In this document: positions 31,190 through 43,024 of the stretch, in pieces
Layout: the number at the start of each line of letters is the position of its first letter
Numbering within the stretch: position 1 is the stretch's first letter
NCBI GenBank assembly: GCA_039794085.1
Contig: JBDIWC010000003.1
Location: 32,001-96,000, forward strand
Reading direction: 5' to 3'
Source of the DNA: Gemmatimonadales bacterium
GTDB lineage: Bacteria; Gemmatimonadota; Gemmatimonadetes; Gemmatimonadales; GWC2-71-9
DNA length: 64,000 nucleotides
Notes under the pieces: model-generated
Database searches by the model: none
What the model was told of the DNA's origin: nothing
Seen by the model: only the letters and a program-made list of their open reading frames with translations
Position numbers and translations under genes: made by a program

Positions 31190-31191
31190 CA

Positions 31192-31815
31192 ATGAGCACA
31201 GGACTGATCGGCCGCAAGCTCGGGATGACTCGGGTGTTCAGCGAGGATGGCAATGCCGTCCCCGTCACCGTCATCGAGGCCGGACCGTGCCGGGTGGTGC
31301 AGGTCCAGGAATCACGCCTCCAGCTCGGCTTCGGCGCCAAGCGCGCCACGCGCCAGACCAAGGCGGAACTCGGCCATGCCCGGAAGGCCGGCCTCGACGC
31401 CGCACCTCAGGTGCTCCGGAGCTTCCCGTCGCCCGCCGACGGCCTCACCGCGGGCGACACCGTGACGGTCTCGATCTTCGAGCCCGGCGAACGGGTGAAG
31501 GTCACCGGCACGAGCAAGGGCCGCGGGTTCCAGGGCGTGGTGCACCGGCACGGATTCGGCGGCGGCCCCGGAAGCCATGGCAACACGCGGCACCGGAAGC
31601 CCGGATCCATCGGACCGGGCACTAACCCGTCCCGGGTCATCAAGGGAAAGAAGATGCCGGGGCATCAGGGCGCGGCCCGGCACACCGAGCTCGGCCTCGT
31701 GGTCGTGCGGGTGGACGCCGAGCGCAATCTGCTCTTCATCCGGGGCGCGATTCCCGGGGCCCGGAACGGCATCGTGACCGTGGCCAAACAGGGAGGAAAG
31801 AGCCGTCATGCTTGA
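31192..31815 (+). CDS. rplC: 50S ribosomal protein L3
   Basis: [29 protein letters not shown]. Confidence 0.98.
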   Translation: MSTGLIGRKLGMTRVFSEDGNAVPVTVIEAGPCRVVQVQESRLQLGFGAKRATRQTKAELGHARKAGLDAAPQVLRSFPSPADGLTAGDTVTVSIFEPGERVKVTGTSKGRGFQGVVHRHGFGGGPGSHGNTRHRKPGSIGPGTNPSRVIKGKKMPGHQGAARHTELGLVVVRVDAERNLLFIRGAIPGARNGIVTVAKQGGKSRHA

Positions 31816-32656
31816 GGCGAGGCATTACAGCGCAACGGGAGGCACCCGCGACGCGGGGTTCGCGCTTCCGTCCGATTATTTCGATGGCACCGTGAACACC
31901 GCCGTCCTGCACCAGGCCATCAAGACCTTCCTGGGCAACCAGCGACAGGGCACCGCGTCCACGAAGACGCGGAGCCACATCTCCGGCGGCAATCAGAAAC
32001 CGTGGAAGCAGAAGGGAACCGGGCGGGCCCGGCAAGGGACCACGCGGGCGCCCCATTGGCGGGGCGGTGGCGTGGTGTTCGGTCCCCACCCGCGGGACTA
32101 CCGGACGGGGTTGCCGAAGAAGGTGCGGCAGCTGGCGCGGAAGTCGGCGCTCAATGCCCGGGCCCGGGAGGGCGCACTGATCGTGATCGATCGCCTGGCC
32201 TTCGAGAGCCCGAAGACGAGCGCATTCGCCGCCATTCTGAAGCAGCTCGGGTTGACGGGCCAGAAGGTTCTGGTCCTGACCCACGGCCAGAATCCCCAGG
32301 CCTGGCTCAGCGCCCGGAACATCCCGGGGATCCGGATCATGCCCTGGAGCGATGCCGCCCCGTACGACATCATCTGGTCGTCGTCGGTTCTCGTGGAGGC
32401 GGGCGCCCTCGCCGGAGGTGAGGTGATCGAGGGGACGGAGACGACAGAGGAGACGACCGCCGCGGCCCCCGCCAAGCGGAAGGCGTCGGCGCGTGCCCCG
32501 AAGACGAGTGTTGGCAAGGCGGCCCCGGCGAAGAAGGCCAAGGCCGCCGCGAAGACCCCGGCCCGCAAGACGGCGGCCACCAAGGCTCCGGTGAAGAAGG
32601 CGGCCACCAAGGCGGCCTCCCGGACGTCATCTGAAACCCCGAAGGGAGGGAAGTGA
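31808..32656 (+). CDS. rplD: 50S ribosomal protein L4 with Ala/Lys-rich C-terminal tail
   Basis: [24 protein letters not shown]; about 75-aa low-complexity extension. Confidence 0.97.
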   Translation: MLEARHYSATGGTRDAGFALPSDYFDGTVNTAVLHQAIKTFLGNQRQGTASTKTRSHISGGNQKPWKQKGTGRARQGTTRAPHWRGGGVVFGPHPRDYRTGLPKKVRQLARKSALNARAREGALIVIDRLAFESPKTSAFAAILKQLGLTGQKVLVLTHGQNPQAWLSARNIPGIRIMPWSDAAPYDIIWSSSVLVEAGALAGGEVIEGTETTEETTAAAPAKRKASARAPKTSVGKAAPAKKAKAAAKTPARKTAATKAPVKKAATKAASRTSSETPKGGK

Positions 32657-32943
32657 TGCCCACCCTGTACGAGACCGTGGTGCGGCCTCTCGTGACCGAG
32701 AAGAGCTCCGCCGCCTACCAGAACCGCAAGGAGTACACCTTCGAGGTGCACCCGGCGGCGAGCAAGGGACAGATCCGGGAGGCGTTGCAGACGCTCTTCG
32801 GGGTCACGGTCACCGATGTCCGCACCATGCAGATGCGCCGGAATGAAATTACGCGCGGACGGACCCGCGGGACCACGGCTGCCTGGAAGAAAGCCGTCGT
32901 CACGCTCAAGGACGGCGACTCCATCGCCGTGTTCGAGGGCTGA
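32656..32943 (+). CDS. rplW: 50S ribosomal protein L23
   Basis: [21 protein letters not shown]. Confidence 0.97.
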   Translation: MPTLYETVVRPLVTEKSSAAYQNRKEYTFEVHPAASKGQIREALQTLFGVTVTDVRTMQMRRNEITRGRTRGTTAAWKKAVVTLKDGDSIAVFEG

Positions 32944-32945
32944 TC

Positions 32946-33785
32946 ATGAGCATTCGACAGTTTCGCCCCATGACCGCGGCCACCCGGTTCAAGTCGGTGT
33001 CCGGATTCGACGAGATCACCCGGGGGACACCCGAGAAGTCGCTGGTGGAGCCCCTCACGAAGTCGGGGGGACGCAACAACCTCGGCCACCTCACTCTGCG
33101 CCACCGGGGCGGCGGGCACAAGCGCCAGTACCGGGTGATCGACTTCAAGCGCAACAAGATCGGCGTACCGGCCCGGGTGGCGGAAATCGAGTACGACCCG
33201 AACCGCAGCGCGCGGATCGCCCTGCTGGTCTACGCCGACGGGGAGAAGCGCTACATTCTCCATCCGGCGGGGCTGAAGCAGGGGGACACGGTGATCGCGG
33301 GCCCCGGCAGCGAACCCCGCACCGGGAATGCGCTTCCGCTCGGGGAAGTACCCCTCGGCATGTCGGTGCACAACATCGAGCTCAAGATTGGCAAGGGCGG
33401 TCAGATGGCCCGGAGCGCCGGATCCCACGCGCAGGTCGTGGCTCGAGAGGGCGATTACGTGACGCTCCGGATGCGGTCGAGCGAAATGCGCCTCGTGCAT
33501 CAGCGGTGCATGGCCACCATGGGCGAGGTGGGCAACGCGGACCATGAGCTGCTCTCGGTGGGCAAGGCGGGCAAGACGCGGTGGTTGGGGCGTCGTCCGA
33601 AGGTCCGCGGAGTGGCGATGAACCCGGTGGACCATCCGCTGGGTGGAGGCGAGGGCAAGACCTCCGGGGGGCGGCCGCCGGTGTCGCCGTGGGGCCTGGT
33701 GGAAGGCAAGAAGACCCGGAAGCGGAAAAAGGGCTCGAACAGACACATCGTGCGCGGCCGCAAGCGCGGGAAGGCGACCAAGTAA
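32946..33785 (+). CDS. rplB: 50S ribosomal protein L2
   Basis: [31 protein letters not shown]. Confidence 0.99.
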   Translation: MSIRQFRPMTAATRFKSVSGFDEITRGTPEKSLVEPLTKSGGRNNLGHLTLRHRGGGHKRQYRVIDFKRNKIGVPARVAEIEYDPNRSARIALLVYADGEKRYILHPAGLKQGDTVIAGPGSEPRTGNALPLGEVPLGMSVHNIELKIGKGGQMARSAGSHAQVVAREGDYVTLRMRSSEMRLVHQRCMATMGEVGNADHELLSVGKAGKTRWLGRRPKVRGVAMNPVDHPLGGGEGKTSGGRPPVSPWGLVEGKKTRKRKKGSNRHIVRGRKRGKATK

Positions 33786-34072
33786 TGGGACGCAGCATCA
33801 AGAAGGGCCCGTTCGTGCAGGAGGCGTTGCTGCTCAAGGTGAGCGCCATGACTGCCAGGAACGAGAAGAAGCCCATCAAGACGTGGAGCCGGGCGAGCAC
33901 CATCCTCCCGGAGTTCGTCGGGCACACCTTTGCCGTGCACAACGGCAACAAGTTCATTCCCGTGTACTGCACGGAGAATATGGTGGGGCACAAGCTTGGA
34001 GAGTTTGCCCCGACCCGCCTGTTCCGCGGACATAGCGGCAAGCTGGTGGACAAGAAGGCGAAGCCGGAGTGA
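33785..34072 (+). CDS. rpsS: 30S ribosomal protein S19
   Basis: [24 protein letters not shown]. Confidence 0.98.
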   Translation: MGRSIKKGPFVQEALLLKVSAMTARNEKKPIKTWSRASTILPEFVGHTFAVHNGNKFIPVYCTENMVGHKLGEFAPTRLFRGHSGKLVDKKAKPE

Positions 34073-34074
34073 TC

Positions 34075-34431
34075 ATGCACGGACATGCGATTCAACGCAC
34101 GGTGCGGCAGTCGCCGCGGAAGATGCGGCTCGTGATCGACCTGATCCGGGGCCGGGATGTGAATGAGGCCTACGCGATCCTGAAGTTCAACAAGAAGCAC
34201 GCGGCCAGGCAGATCGCCAAGACGCTGCGGTCCGCGGTGGCGAACGCCGAGCAGCATGCCCTGCGGGACAATGAACCGTTTGACGCCGACCGGCTCCTGG
34301 TGTCCAAGGCGATCGTGAACGCGGGACAGACCCTCGGTCGTTTTCACGCCGCCGCGCAGGGGCGCGCCACGCCGATCCGGAAGCGGACGAGCCACGTGGA
34401 GATTCACGTGGCGAGCAAGGAGACTGCCTGA
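34075..34431 (+). CDS. rplV: 50S ribosomal protein L22
   Basis: [32 protein letters not shown]. Confidence 0.97.
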   Translation: MHGHAIQRTVRQSPRKMRLVIDLIRGRDVNEAYAILKFNKKHAARQIAKTLRSAVANAEQHALRDNEPFDADRLLVSKAIVNAGQTLGRFHAAAQGRATPIRKRTSHVEIHVASKETA

Positions 34432-35090
34432 TGGGCCAGAAGACACATCCGATCGGATTCCGCCTCGGGATCGTGAAGCCGTGGACCTCGCGCTGGTTCG
34501 GCGGGCGGGACATGCCGGCGATGCTGAAGGAAGACGAGCTGATCCGGCGGTATCTGATGACCCGGCTCGGTCACGCGGCGATCGCCGAGATCCACATCGA
34601 GCGCCGGCCCGGCAAGGTCACCGTGACGGTGCACACCGGGCGCCCCGGGGTGGTGATCGGGAAGAAGGGCGCGGAGGTGGACAAGCTGCGGGACGAGCTG
34701 GCCCAGCTCACGGGAAAGGACGCGGCGATCAACGTCGAGGAGATCAAGCGACCCGAGACCTCGGCCCAGCTGGTCGCGGACAACATCGCCCATCAACTGA
34801 AGCAGCGGATCTCCTTCCGCCGTGCCATGAAGCGGGCGTTGCAGGCCGCCATGCGGATGGGAGCCCAGGGGATCAAGGTGCGGGTGTCGGGACGGCTGGG
34901 GGGAGCGGAGATCGCCCGGACCGAGGGGTATCACGAGGGCCGGGTGCCGCTGCACACGCTGCGGGCGGACATCGATTATGCCACGGCCACGGCTCGGACG
35001 ACCTACGGGGCGATCGGGATCAAGGTCTGGATCTTCAAGGGTGAGGTGGTCGAGGATGTGACCGGACGCACCTACAGTACGGGAGCCTGA
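34431..35090 (+). CDS. rpsC: 30S ribosomal protein S3
   Basis: [27 protein letters not shown]. Confidence 0.99.
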   Translation: MGQKTHPIGFRLGIVKPWTSRWFGGRDMPAMLKEDELIRRYLMTRLGHAAIAEIHIERRPGKVTVTVHTGRPGVVIGKKGAEVDKLRDELAQLTGKDAAINVEEIKRPETSAQLVADNIAHQLKQRISFRRAMKRALQAAMRMGAQGIKVRVSGRLGGAEIARTEGYHEGRVPLHTLRADIDYATATARTTYGAIGIKVWIFKGEVVEDVTGRTYSTGA

Positions 35091-35094
35091 GATC

Positions 35095-35508
<414 letters not shown>

Positions 35509-35509
35509 C

Positions 35510-35710
35510 ATGCGTGCGAGTGAACTGGCCGATCTGTCGGTCGAGGAACTGGAGGGCAAGCTAGCCGAGCTGACCGAGGAGCGTTTCCGGCTCCGGTTCC
35601 GCTCCGCCACCGAGGCGATCGAGAACCCGATCCGGTTCCGGCTGATGCGCCGGGACATCGCCCGGATCAAGACCATTCTGCGCGCCCGAAGCGCGTCAGG
35701 GCAGGAGTGA
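35510..35710 (+). CDS. rpmC: 50S ribosomal protein L29
   Basis: [14 protein letters not shown]...[11 protein letters not shown]. Confidence 0.96.
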   Translation: MRASELADLSVEELEGKLAELTEERFRLRFRSATEAIENPIRFRLMRRDIARIKTILRARSASGQE

Positions 35711-35715
35711 GACCG

Positions 35716-35991
35716 ATGAGTGACACACAGCCCTCCGCCGCGCCGCGCCGGACGCGCAAGGTCCGGACCGGGGTCGTCACGAGCGACAAGATGACGCGCA
35801 CCGTGACGGTGGAACTGGAACGACAGTTTGCGCATCCCGTCTACGGGAAGCAGGTGCTGCGCACGACCCGGCTCAAGGCGCGGGACGACGTGGGCGCCAA
35901 GGTGGGGGACACCGTGACGATCATGGAGACCCGGCCGATCGCGAAGACCGTCTGCTGGCGGGTCCTCGAGATCGTCAAGCGGGCCAAGTAG
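35716..35991 (+). CDS. rpsQ: 30S ribosomal protein S17
   Basis: [28 protein letters not shown]. Confidence 0.97.
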   Translation: MSDTQPSAAPRRTRKVRTGVVTSDKMTRTVTVELERQFAHPVYGKQVLRTTRLKARDDVGAKVGDTVTIMETRPIAKTVCWRVLEIVKRAK

Positions 35992-36019
35992 GCCGGACCG
36001 GCACCGACAGGAGCGGGAC

Positions 36020-36388
36020 ATGGTACAACAGGAAACGATCCTCCGCATCGCGGACAACTCAGGCGCTCGCAAGGCGCTGGTGATCCGGGTGCTGGGGGGC
36101 AGCAAGCGCCGGTATGCCGGTCTGGGCGACCGGGTTGTCGTGGCCATCAAGGACGCGATCCCGACCGGACAGGTCAAGAAGGGGGAGGTGGCCAAGGCGG
36201 TCATCGTGCGCACCGTGAAGGAGACCCGCCGCAAGGACGGCTCCTACATCCGGTTCGACGAGAACGCCGCGGTCCTGATCACCGACAATGGCGAGCCTCG
36301 GGCCACCCGCATCTTCGGTCCCGTGGCGCGCGAACTGCGCGACAAGCGATACATGAAGATCGTGTCCCTGGCGCCCGAGGTACTCTGA
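36020..36388 (+). CDS. rplN: 50S ribosomal protein L14
   Basis: [28 protein letters not shown]. Confidence 0.99.
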   Translation: MVQQETILRIADNSGARKALVIRVLGGSKRRYAGLGDRVVVAIKDAIPTGQVKKGEVAKAVIVRTVKETRRKDGSYIRFDENAAVLITDNGEPRATRIFGPVARELRDKRYMKIVSLAPEVL

Positions 36389-36390
36389 TC

Positions 36391-36771
36391 ATGAAACCAT
36401 TGGTTCACAAGAAGTCGAAGCGCATCCGGTCGGCGCGGCCGGTTCGGGTCCGGATGCCGATCACCAAGGGAGACACCGTGCAGGTGATCTCCGGGGATGA
36501 CAAGGGCAAGCAGGCCCGGGTGCTGCGGGTGCACCTGAAGACCGGACGGGTCACCCTGGAAGGGGTGAACGTGGTGAAGCGCCACCGGCGGGCCACCGAG
36601 ACCACCGAGGCCGGCATCGTGGAGTTCCCGGCCCCGATTCACCACTCCAAGGTGATGCTGCTGGATCCGGCGTCCGGCGCCCCGACGCGGGTACGCCGCC
36701 GGCAGGACCAGGACGGAACCGTCGAACGGATCGCCGTCAAGAGTGGACAACCGATTCCGAGGACGCGGTAA
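36391..36771 (+). CDS. rplX: 50S ribosomal protein L24
   Basis: [33 protein letters not shown]; basic N-terminal extension. Confidence 0.97.
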   Translation: MKPLVHKKSKRIRSARPVRVRMPITKGDTVQVISGDDKGKQARVLRVHLKTGRVTLEGVNVVKRHRRATETTEAGIVEFPAPIHHSKVMLLDPASGAPTRVRRRQDQDGTVERIAVKSGQPIPRTR

Positions 36772-36773
36772 TC

Positions 36774-37448
36774 ATGGCTCAGCAGAAGCAGGCCAAGCCG
36801 CCCGCCAAGGGCGCCCCTCCGGCGGCGAGCAAGAAGGAGAAGCTCTCCGTGGGGGATACTGATCCGGCGCCCAAGGTGAGCGACGGCATCCCGCGGCTCC
36901 AGACCCGGTATCTGGAGTCGATCCGGCCGCGTCTGGCCAAGGAGTTCGGGTTTGCCAATCCGAACCAGATCCCCCGGATCAGCAAGATCGTGCTGAACGT
37001 CGGGGTGGGCGACGCGAACAAGAACCCGAAGCAGCTCGAGGCGGTCGTGCGGGAGCTGGCCCAGGTCACCGGGCAACGGCCCGTGGTGACGCGCGCCAAG
37101 AAGTCGATTGCGAACTTCAACCTGCGGGCCGGAATGCCGGTGGGGGCGTCGGTGACGCTCCGGGGTCCGCGGATGTACGAGTTCCTGGACCGGTTCATCA
37201 CCCTGGCCCTGCCGCGGGTGCGGGACTTCCGGGGCCTGCCGGAACGGAGCTTTGATGGCCGGGGGAACTACACCTTCGGGATCAAGGAACAACTGATTTT
37301 TCCCGAGATCGACTACGACAAGGTCGAGAAGATCCACGGGATGGACATTACCATCGTGACCACCGCCCAGCGAGACGACCTTGCCATGGCGCTTTTGCGG
37401 GAGTTCGGGTGGCCGTTCCGGGGGGAAACCCCGCTGCAAGTCGCATAA
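36774..37448 (+). CDS. rplE: 50S ribosomal protein L5
   Basis: [33 protein letters not shown]; about 40-aa N-terminal extension. Confidence 0.98.
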   Translation: MAQQKQAKPPAKGAPPAASKKEKLSVGDTDPAPKVSDGIPRLQTRYLESIRPRLAKEFGFANPNQIPRISKIVLNVGVGDANKNPKQLEAVVRELAQVTGQRPVVTRAKKSIANFNLRAGMPVGASVTLRGPRMYEFLDRFITLALPRVRDFRGLPERSFDGRGNYTFGIKEQLIFPEIDYDKVEKIHGMDITIVTTAQRDDLAMALLREFGWPFRGETPLQVA

Positions 37449-37466
37449 GGGCGAGGAGAAAGACCC

Positions 37467-37652
37467 ATGGCCAAGACCTGCTGGATCGAGCGTGCCAAGC
37501 GGCCGCCGAAGTTCAAGAGCCGAGTCGTGCGCCGCTGTCAGCGGTGTGGACGCGTCCGCGCGGTGCTGCGCCGGTTTGGCCTCTGCCGCATCTGTTTTCG
37601 TGAGCTCGCGCTCCGGGGGGAAATCCCGGGCGTGCGCAAGGCCAGTTGGTAG
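37467..37652 (+). CDS. rpsN: 30S ribosomal protein S14 (type Z, Zn-binding)
   Basis: RCQRCGR...[10 protein letters not shown]...GVRKASW. Confidence 0.98.
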   Translation: MAKTCWIERAKRPPKFKSRVVRRCQRCGRVRAVLRRFGLCRICFRELALRGEIPGVRKASW

Positions 37653-37667
37653 GAGGAAGGGCCCAGG

Positions 37668-38063
37668 ATGAGCATGACTGACCCCATCGCGGATATGCTG
37701 ACCCGCATCCGCAACGCTTGCAGTGCCGGGCACCGGCGCGTCGACATTCCCGCCTCGAAGTTCAAGGCGGAGGTGGCGCGGCTGCTGCGCGACAATCACT
37801 ATATCGCCGACTACAAGATGCTGGACGGCGATGGACGCGGTGTGCTCCGGCTGTATCTCCGGTACCACAACGAGCTTCCCGTGATCCGGGAGGTCCAACG
37901 CGTCTCGTCTCCCGGCCTTCGGCGGTTCGTCCGGTGCCGGGACATTCCGCGGGTGCGGAACGGACTCGGGATGGCGATCGTGTCGACCCCCAAGGGGTTG
38001 ATGTCCGATCGAGACGCCCGGAGCGCCAACCTTGGCGGCGAACTTGTCGCCGTGATCTGGTAG
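37668..38063 (+). CDS. rpsH: 30S ribosomal protein S8
   Basis: TDPIADMLTRIRNA, GMAIVSTPKG, GGEL. Confidence 0.98.
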   Translation: MSMTDPIADMLTRIRNACSAGHRRVDIPASKFKAEVARLLRDNHYIADYKMLDGDGRGVLRLYLRYHNELPVIREVQRVSSPGLRRFVRCRDIPRVRNGLGMAIVSTPKGLMSDRDARSANLGGELVAVIW

Positions 38064-38073
38064 GAGGACGTCC

Positions 38074-38613
38074 ATGTCCCGTATCGGCAAGAAGCCCGTC
38101 CCCATTCCGGGGGGAGTGACGATCACACTCCAGGGGAACCACATTGCGGTCAAGGGGCCCAGGGGCGAACTCGCCCGGAGCCTCCCGGGCGACATGCGGG
38201 TGGCCCACGAGGGTGATACCATCGTCGTGACCCGTCCGGGGGATGAACCCCGGCACAAGGCCCTGCACGGTCTGACCCGCACCCTGGTGGCCAACATGGT
38301 CGAGGGGGTGTCCCAGGGGTTTGAGAAGGTCCTGGAGATCCAGGGTGTCGGGTACAAGGCCGAGCCCACGGCCACGGGAGTGAAGATGGTGGTCGGGTAC
38401 TCCCACCCGGTGGAGTTCGCCGCCCCCCCCGGGATCACCCTGACCGTCGAGAGCAACACGGTCGTGAAGGTGTCGGGAGCGAACAAGGAAATGGTGGGCC
38501 AGGTGGCCGCCGAACTTCGGGGGGTCCGGCCTCCCGAGCCCTACAAGGGCAAGGGCGTCCGGTATCGGGGTGAACAGGTGCGCCGCAAGGCCGGCAAGAC
38601 AGGAGCGAAGTAA
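38074..38613 (+). CDS. rplF: 50S ribosomal protein L6
   Basis: MSRIGKKP, RPPEPYKGKGVRY. Confidence 0.99.
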   Translation: MSRIGKKPVPIPGGVTITLQGNHIAVKGPRGELARSLPGDMRVAHEGDTIVVTRPGDEPRHKALHGLTRTLVANMVEGVSQGFEKVLEIQGVGYKAEPTATGVKMVVGYSHPVEFAAPPGITLTVESNTVVKVSGANKEMVGQVAAELRGVRPPEPYKGKGVRYRGEQVRRKAGKTGAK

Positions 38614-38985
38614 ATGCGTCCCATTCATGCGCCGAAGACTCGCGAAGAACGCCGGTACTGGCGCCACCTTCGGGTCCGGAAAAGGCTGTCGGGCACGGCG
38701 GACCGGCCCCGGCTCGTGGTGTTCCGTTCGCTCAAGCATATCTATGCACAGCTCGTCGACGACAATCGCGGCGTGACCCTCCTGGGGGTGAGCGACCTGA
38801 GCGAGGGTTTGCGGGCCGACGGCCCCGGAAAGACCGCCCGGAGTCGCGCAGCGGGCAAGTTGCTCGCGGAGCGGGCTCTCGCGGCCGGCGTGACGCGGGT
38901 GGTTTTCGATCGTGCGGGTTATCGCTACCATGGTCGGGTGCAGGCTGTTGCCGACGGCGCCCGTGAAGGGGGATTGGAGTTCTGA
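38614..38985 (+). CDS. rplR: 50S ribosomal protein L18
   Basis: [29 protein letters not shown]. Confidence 0.98.
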   Translation: MRPIHAPKTREERRYWRHLRVRKRLSGTADRPRLVVFRSLKHIYAQLVDDNRGVTLLGVSDLSEGLRADGPGKTARSRAAGKLLAERALAAGVTRVVFDRAGYRYHGRVQAVADGAREGGLEF

Positions 38986-39611
38986 TGAGCGAATCGACAA
39001 CGGACACCCAGCAGCCCGGAACCGGAGCGGGCGGTCCTCGTGGTCGCGGTCGCGGCCGGGGCGGTGAACGTCCCTCCCGGGATCGGGGCCCCCGCCGGGA
39101 CCGCACCGAGGCGCAGAGCGACCTGATCGAAAAGGTGATTGACATCAACCGCGTGGCCAAGGTGGTCAAGGGCGGCCGCCGATTCTCCTTCAATGCGCTG
39201 GTCGCAGTGGGAGACGGGCGGGGACGGGTCGGCATCGCCACCGGCAAGGCGAACGAGGTGTCCGAAGCGGTGCGCAAGGCCGTCGAGGCGGCCAAGCGCA
39301 CGATGGCCGACGTGCCCCGAACCGGAAGCACGATCCCGCACGAGATCGTGGGGCATCACGGCGCAGGGCGGGTGCTTCTCAAACCGGCCGCCGCGGGAAC
39401 CGGCGTCATCGCCGGAGGACCGGTGCGCGCCGTGCTCGAGTGCGTCGGGATCACTGACATTCTGACCAAGTCTCTCGGGTCGACGAATCCGCACAACATG
39501 GTGCGGGCCACCGTGGCCGGCCTTCGCGATCTCGTCTCCGTGGAACAGGTGGCACGCGAACGCGGGGTCGATGTGGCGGCCCTCGGATATCGCGCCCGGC
39601 AGGGAGAGTGA
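38985..39611 (+). CDS. rpsE: 30S ribosomal protein S5
   Basis: [34 protein letters not shown]. Confidence 0.98.
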   Translation: MSESTTDTQQPGTGAGGPRGRGRGRGGERPSRDRGPRRDRTEAQSDLIEKVIDINRVAKVVKGGRRFSFNALVAVGDGRGRVGIATGKANEVSEAVRKAVEAAKRTMADVPRTGSTIPHEIVGHHGAGRVLLKPAAAGTGVIAGGPVRAVLECVGITDILTKSLGSTNPHNMVRATVAGLRDLVSVEQVARERGVDVAALGYRARQGE

Positions 39612-39612
39612 C

Positions 39613-39831
39613 ATGACCAAGACCAGGACCAAGGCGCCGACCACGGGTCGGCTCGCCGTGAAGCAAGTGCGATCGGGGATCGGACACGCGGACACGTTCC
39701 GCCGGACCCTGCGGTCGATTGGGCTCCGCCATCACCAGCACGCGATCGTGGTGGCGGACACGCCCGCCATTCGGGGAATGTTGTACAAGGTGCGGCACCT
39801 CGTTGAGGTGACCCCAGTGCAGGAGGCCTAG
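39613..39831 (+). CDS. rpmD: 50S ribosomal protein L30
   Basis: [31 protein letters not shown]. Confidence 0.96.
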   Translation: MTKTRTKAPTTGRLAVKQVRSGIGHADTFRRTLRSIGLRHHQHAIVVADTPAIRGMLYKVRHLVEVTPVQEA

Positions 39832-40295
39832 TGGCTGATCAAACGAAGTCGCCCGACAAGATCACCCTGTCCAGTCTGCGGCCGGCGCCGGGGTCTACCC
39901 GGTCGCGCCGCCGCGTCGGACGCGGTCCCGGTAGCGGCATGGGCAAGACCGCCGGCAAGGGGCACAAGGGGCACAAGGCCCGGACCGGCGGACAGACCAA
40001 TCCGGGGTTCGAAGGGGGCCAGATGCCGATGTACCGGCGCCTGCCCAAGCGGGGGTTCACCAATCCGTTCAAGGTGACCTTCCAGACGGTGAACCTGCAC
40101 CAGCTCCAGCGGGTCGACGGAACGGAGATCACTCCGGCTGCGCTGGCCGCGGCTCACCTCGTCGCGCGTCCGTCCGACCCCGTCAAGCTTCTGGGAACGG
40201 GCGAGGCCGCCCGGGCGTACACCGTCTCGGGTGTGGTGTGCTCCGCCGCGGCTCGGGCCAAGATCGAGGCCGCAGGCGGCCGCGTCGAGGCGTAG
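39831..40295 (+). CDS. rplO: 50S ribosomal protein L15
   Basis: [30 protein letters not shown]. Confidence 0.98.
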   Translation: MADQTKSPDKITLSSLRPAPGSTRSRRRVGRGPGSGMGKTAGKGHKGHKARTGGQTNPGFEGGQMPMYRRLPKRGFTNPFKVTFQTVNLHQLQRVDGTEITPAALAAAHLVARPSDPVKLLGTGEAARAYTVSGVVCSAAARAKIEAAGGRVEA

Positions 40296-41606
40296 GTGAC
40301 AGCGCCACGGGTTCCCGGCCTCGGGATTGATGAGGAACTGAAGAACAAGATCCTCTTCACGCTGCTCTGCATTCTGATCTACCGGGTCGGCGCGCACATC
40401 GCCGCCCCGGGCGTCAACGTGCCCGCCCTGGCGGCGTTCATCCAGAACTCCGCCGCGTCCGGCTTCTTCGCCCTCTATGACACCCTGGGGGGCGGACTCT
40501 CCCGCGCCACGGTGTTCGCGCTGGGCATCATGCCGTACATCTCGGCGTCCATCATCTTCCAGTTGGCCGGCGGAATGGTGCCGACGGTCAGCAAGATGCA
40601 GAAGGACGAGGAGGGGCGGAAGAAGCTCACCCAGTGGACCCGCTACGTCGCGATCTTCATCTCGCTCTCCCAGGCCTACACCTTCACGCTCTTCACCGAG
40701 GGGATTCCCGGGGCGATCCCGAATCCCGGGTTCGCGTCGCGGCTGATCATGGTGGTCACACTGACCGCGGGTGCCGTGTTCGTGATGTGGCTCGGCGAAC
40801 AGATCACCGAACGCGGGATTGGAAACGGGATGAGTCTCCTCATCACCGTGTCGATCCTGGAGCGGATGTGGCCGGGTACCCTGCAGCTTCTCGGATACCT
40901 GCGCGACGGTGTCGTTTCCGTGCCGGGAGGAATCCTGTTCGTGGCGGTTCTGGTGGCATCCATGGCGGCCGTGACCGGCATGACGATCGCCTCGCGACGC
41001 ATCCCGATTCAAATACCCCGCAAGGTGATGGGACGGGGACGCATCCGGGAGGGGCAGAAGACCTTCATCCCGATCCGGCTGATCACCGCCGGCGTGATGC
41101 CGATCATCTTTGCCCAGACGATCATCATCGTCCCCAGTACCCTGGCCACCTTCACCCGGAACCAGATCCTGACCGACATCGCGGGATTCTTCGTGCCGGG
41201 CGGACTGTGGTACAACCTCGTCTTCATGGTGATGATCGTCCTCTTCAGCTACTTCTACACCTCCATCATCTTCAACTCGGTGGACCTGTCGGAAAATCTG
41301 AAGAAGCAGGGCGGATTCATCCCCGGGGTGAAGCCGGGCGCGGCCACGGCGGACTACATCGACGGCGTGCTGGCCCGTGTCACTCTCCCCGGATCCCTGT
41401 TCCTGGCCGTGATTGCGGTGTTCCCGATCCTGGTGTCACAGCAGGTGAACATCCAGACCCAGTTCGGCGGGACGTCGATCCTGATCGTGGTGGGCGTGCT
41501 GCTCGACACCATCGCTCAGATCGAGCAACACCGGACCCTGCGGAAGTACGACAGCTTCATGAAGACGGGGCGGGTCAAGTTTCGGGGTCGCCAGCGCTTC
41601 ATCTGA
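40296..41606 (+). CDS. secY: Preprotein translocase subunit SecY
   Basis: FALGIMPYISASII, WLGEQITERGIGNG, GFIPGVKPG, GGTSILIVVGV. Confidence 0.99.
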   Translation: MTAPRVPGLGIDEELKNKILFTLLCILIYRVGAHIAAPGVNVPALAAFIQNSAASGFFALYDTLGGGLSRATVFALGIMPYISASIIFQLAGGMVPTVSKMQKDEEGRKKLTQWTRYVAIFISLSQAYTFTLFTEGIPGAIPNPGFASRLIMVVTLTAGAVFVMWLGEQITERGIGNGMSLLITVSILERMWPGTLQLLGYLRDGVVSVPGGILFVAVLVASMAAVTGMTIASRRIPIQIPRKVMGRGRIREGQKTFIPIRLITAGVMPIIFAQTIIIVPSTLATFTRNQILTDIAGFFVPGGLWYNLVFMVMIVLFSYFYTSIIFNSVDLSENLKKQGGFIPGVKPGAATADYIDGVLARVTLPGSLFLAVIAVFPILVSQQVNIQTQFGGTSILIVVGVLLDTIAQIEQHRTLRKYDSFMKTGRVKFRGRQRFI

Positions 41607-41688
41607 CGGGTCCCGAGGAATCAACGGGCGGTGGATGGGATGGTCGCTCGGCGACGCCCCCATCCACCGCCCCTGTGCGTTTGAGAGG

Positions 41689-42261
41689 ATGGACATCGTG
41701 GACATTCTGCTGCTGGGCCCTCCCGGGGCCGGAAAGGGCACCCAGGGCGCCCTCCTGTCCCGGACACTCGGTCTCCCGAAGTTTGCCACCGGCGACCTGC
41801 TTCGGGACGCGGTGCGGCGGGAGACCCCGTTGGGGCGCCAGGCGAAGTCGATCATGGAGGCGGGGCACCTGGTCAGCGATGACGTCATTCTCGGCGTCGT
41901 GCGCGAGGAGATGGCCAAGCCCGAGGCACAGGGAGGGGTGATCTTCGACGGGGTGGTGCGGACCATTCCCCAGGCGGAAGGGGTGCGCGACATTCTCGCC
42001 GAGCGGGGCCGCGCGATGGACGCGGTTCTCTTCCTCGACGTGTCCGATGAGGACATCCTGGCCCGACTGCAGCACCGGAGGTCGGTGGAGCAGCGCGCCG
42101 ATGATGATCCCGCGGCCGTGGCCCGCCGGCTGGCCGCCTACCGGGAGCAGACGGCCCCGGTGCTGGAGTGGTACGAGGACCGTGGCCCGGTTCACCGCAT
42201 TGCCGGTGGCGACACCATTGAACGGATCCAGGAACGGATGCTCCATGCCCTCGGCCACTGA
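41689..42261 (+). CDS. adk: Adenylate kinase, short (no large LID) form
   Basis: LLGPPGAGKGTQ, TGDLLR, GHLVSDD, RADD; follows secY. Confidence 0.95.
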   Translation: MDIVDILLLGPPGAGKGTQGALLSRTLGLPKFATGDLLRDAVRRETPLGRQAKSIMEAGHLVSDDVILGVVREEMAKPEAQGGVIFDGVVRTIPQAEGVRDILAERGRAMDAVLFLDVSDEDILARLQHRRSVEQRADDDPAAVARRLAAYREQTAPVLEWYEDRGPVHRIAGGDTIERIQERMLHALGH

Positions 42262-42265
42262 CCGG

Positions 42266-43024
42266 ATGATCACCCTCAAGTCGGGGAGGGAGATCGAGAT
42301 CATGGCCCGGGCCGGGGCGATCGTGGCCGGGACCCTGGCCCACATGCGGGACATCTGCGCCCCGGGACTCTCGACCGAGGACCTCGACCGGGCGGCCGAG
42401 ACCTTCATCCGGAGTCATCCGGGGGCCACGCCGAGCTTCAAGGGTCTCTACGGGTTCCCCAAGACCCTCTGCACCTCCATCAATGACGAGATCGTCCACG
42501 GGATCCCCTCCCGGAAGCGAGTGCTCCGGGAGGGCGACATTGTCAGCGTGGACGCCGGTGTCCACCTCGACGGACTGCACGCCGACAGCGCCACCACGAT
42601 CCCCGTGGGCACCATCAGTCGGGAGGCCCAGCGGCTTCTCGCGGCGACCGAGGCCTCCCTCTATTGCGGGATTGACGCAGCCCAGGCGGGCCACCATGTG
42701 GGGGACATCGGCCACGCCGTGCAGCAGCGGGCCGAGGCGGAGGGATTCGGCGTGGTGCGGGAACTGGTGGGCCACGGGATCGGCGCCCGGTTCCACGAGG
42801 AGCCCCAGGTGCCGAATCATGGTCGGCCGGGGCGTGGTCCCCGACTTCAGGTGGGCATGACGATCGCGATCGAGCCGATGATCACGATGGGGAGCTTCAC
42901 CACGCGCACCCTCAAGGATCGCTGGACGGTCTGCACCAGCGATGGGTCCCTGTCAGCGCACTTCGAGCATACGGTGGCCATCACCGCCGAGGGGCCGCGG
43001 ATCCTGACCCGCCTCCCGGAGTAG
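42266..43024 (+). CDS. map: Methionine aminopeptidase type I
   Basis: CTSINDEIVHGIP, GHGIG..FHEEP, AIEPM, SAHFEHTV. Confidence 0.98.
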   Translation: MITLKSGREIEIMARAGAIVAGTLAHMRDICAPGLSTEDLDRAAETFIRSHPGATPSFKGLYGFPKTLCTSINDEIVHGIPSRKRVLREGDIVSVDAGVHLDGLHADSATTIPVGTISREAQRLLAATEASLYCGIDAAQAGHHVGDIGHAVQQRAEAEGFGVVRELVGHGIGARFHEEPQVPNHGRPGRGPRLQVGMTIAIEPMITMGSFTTRTLKDRWTVCTSDGSLSAHFEHTVAITAEGPRILTRLPE

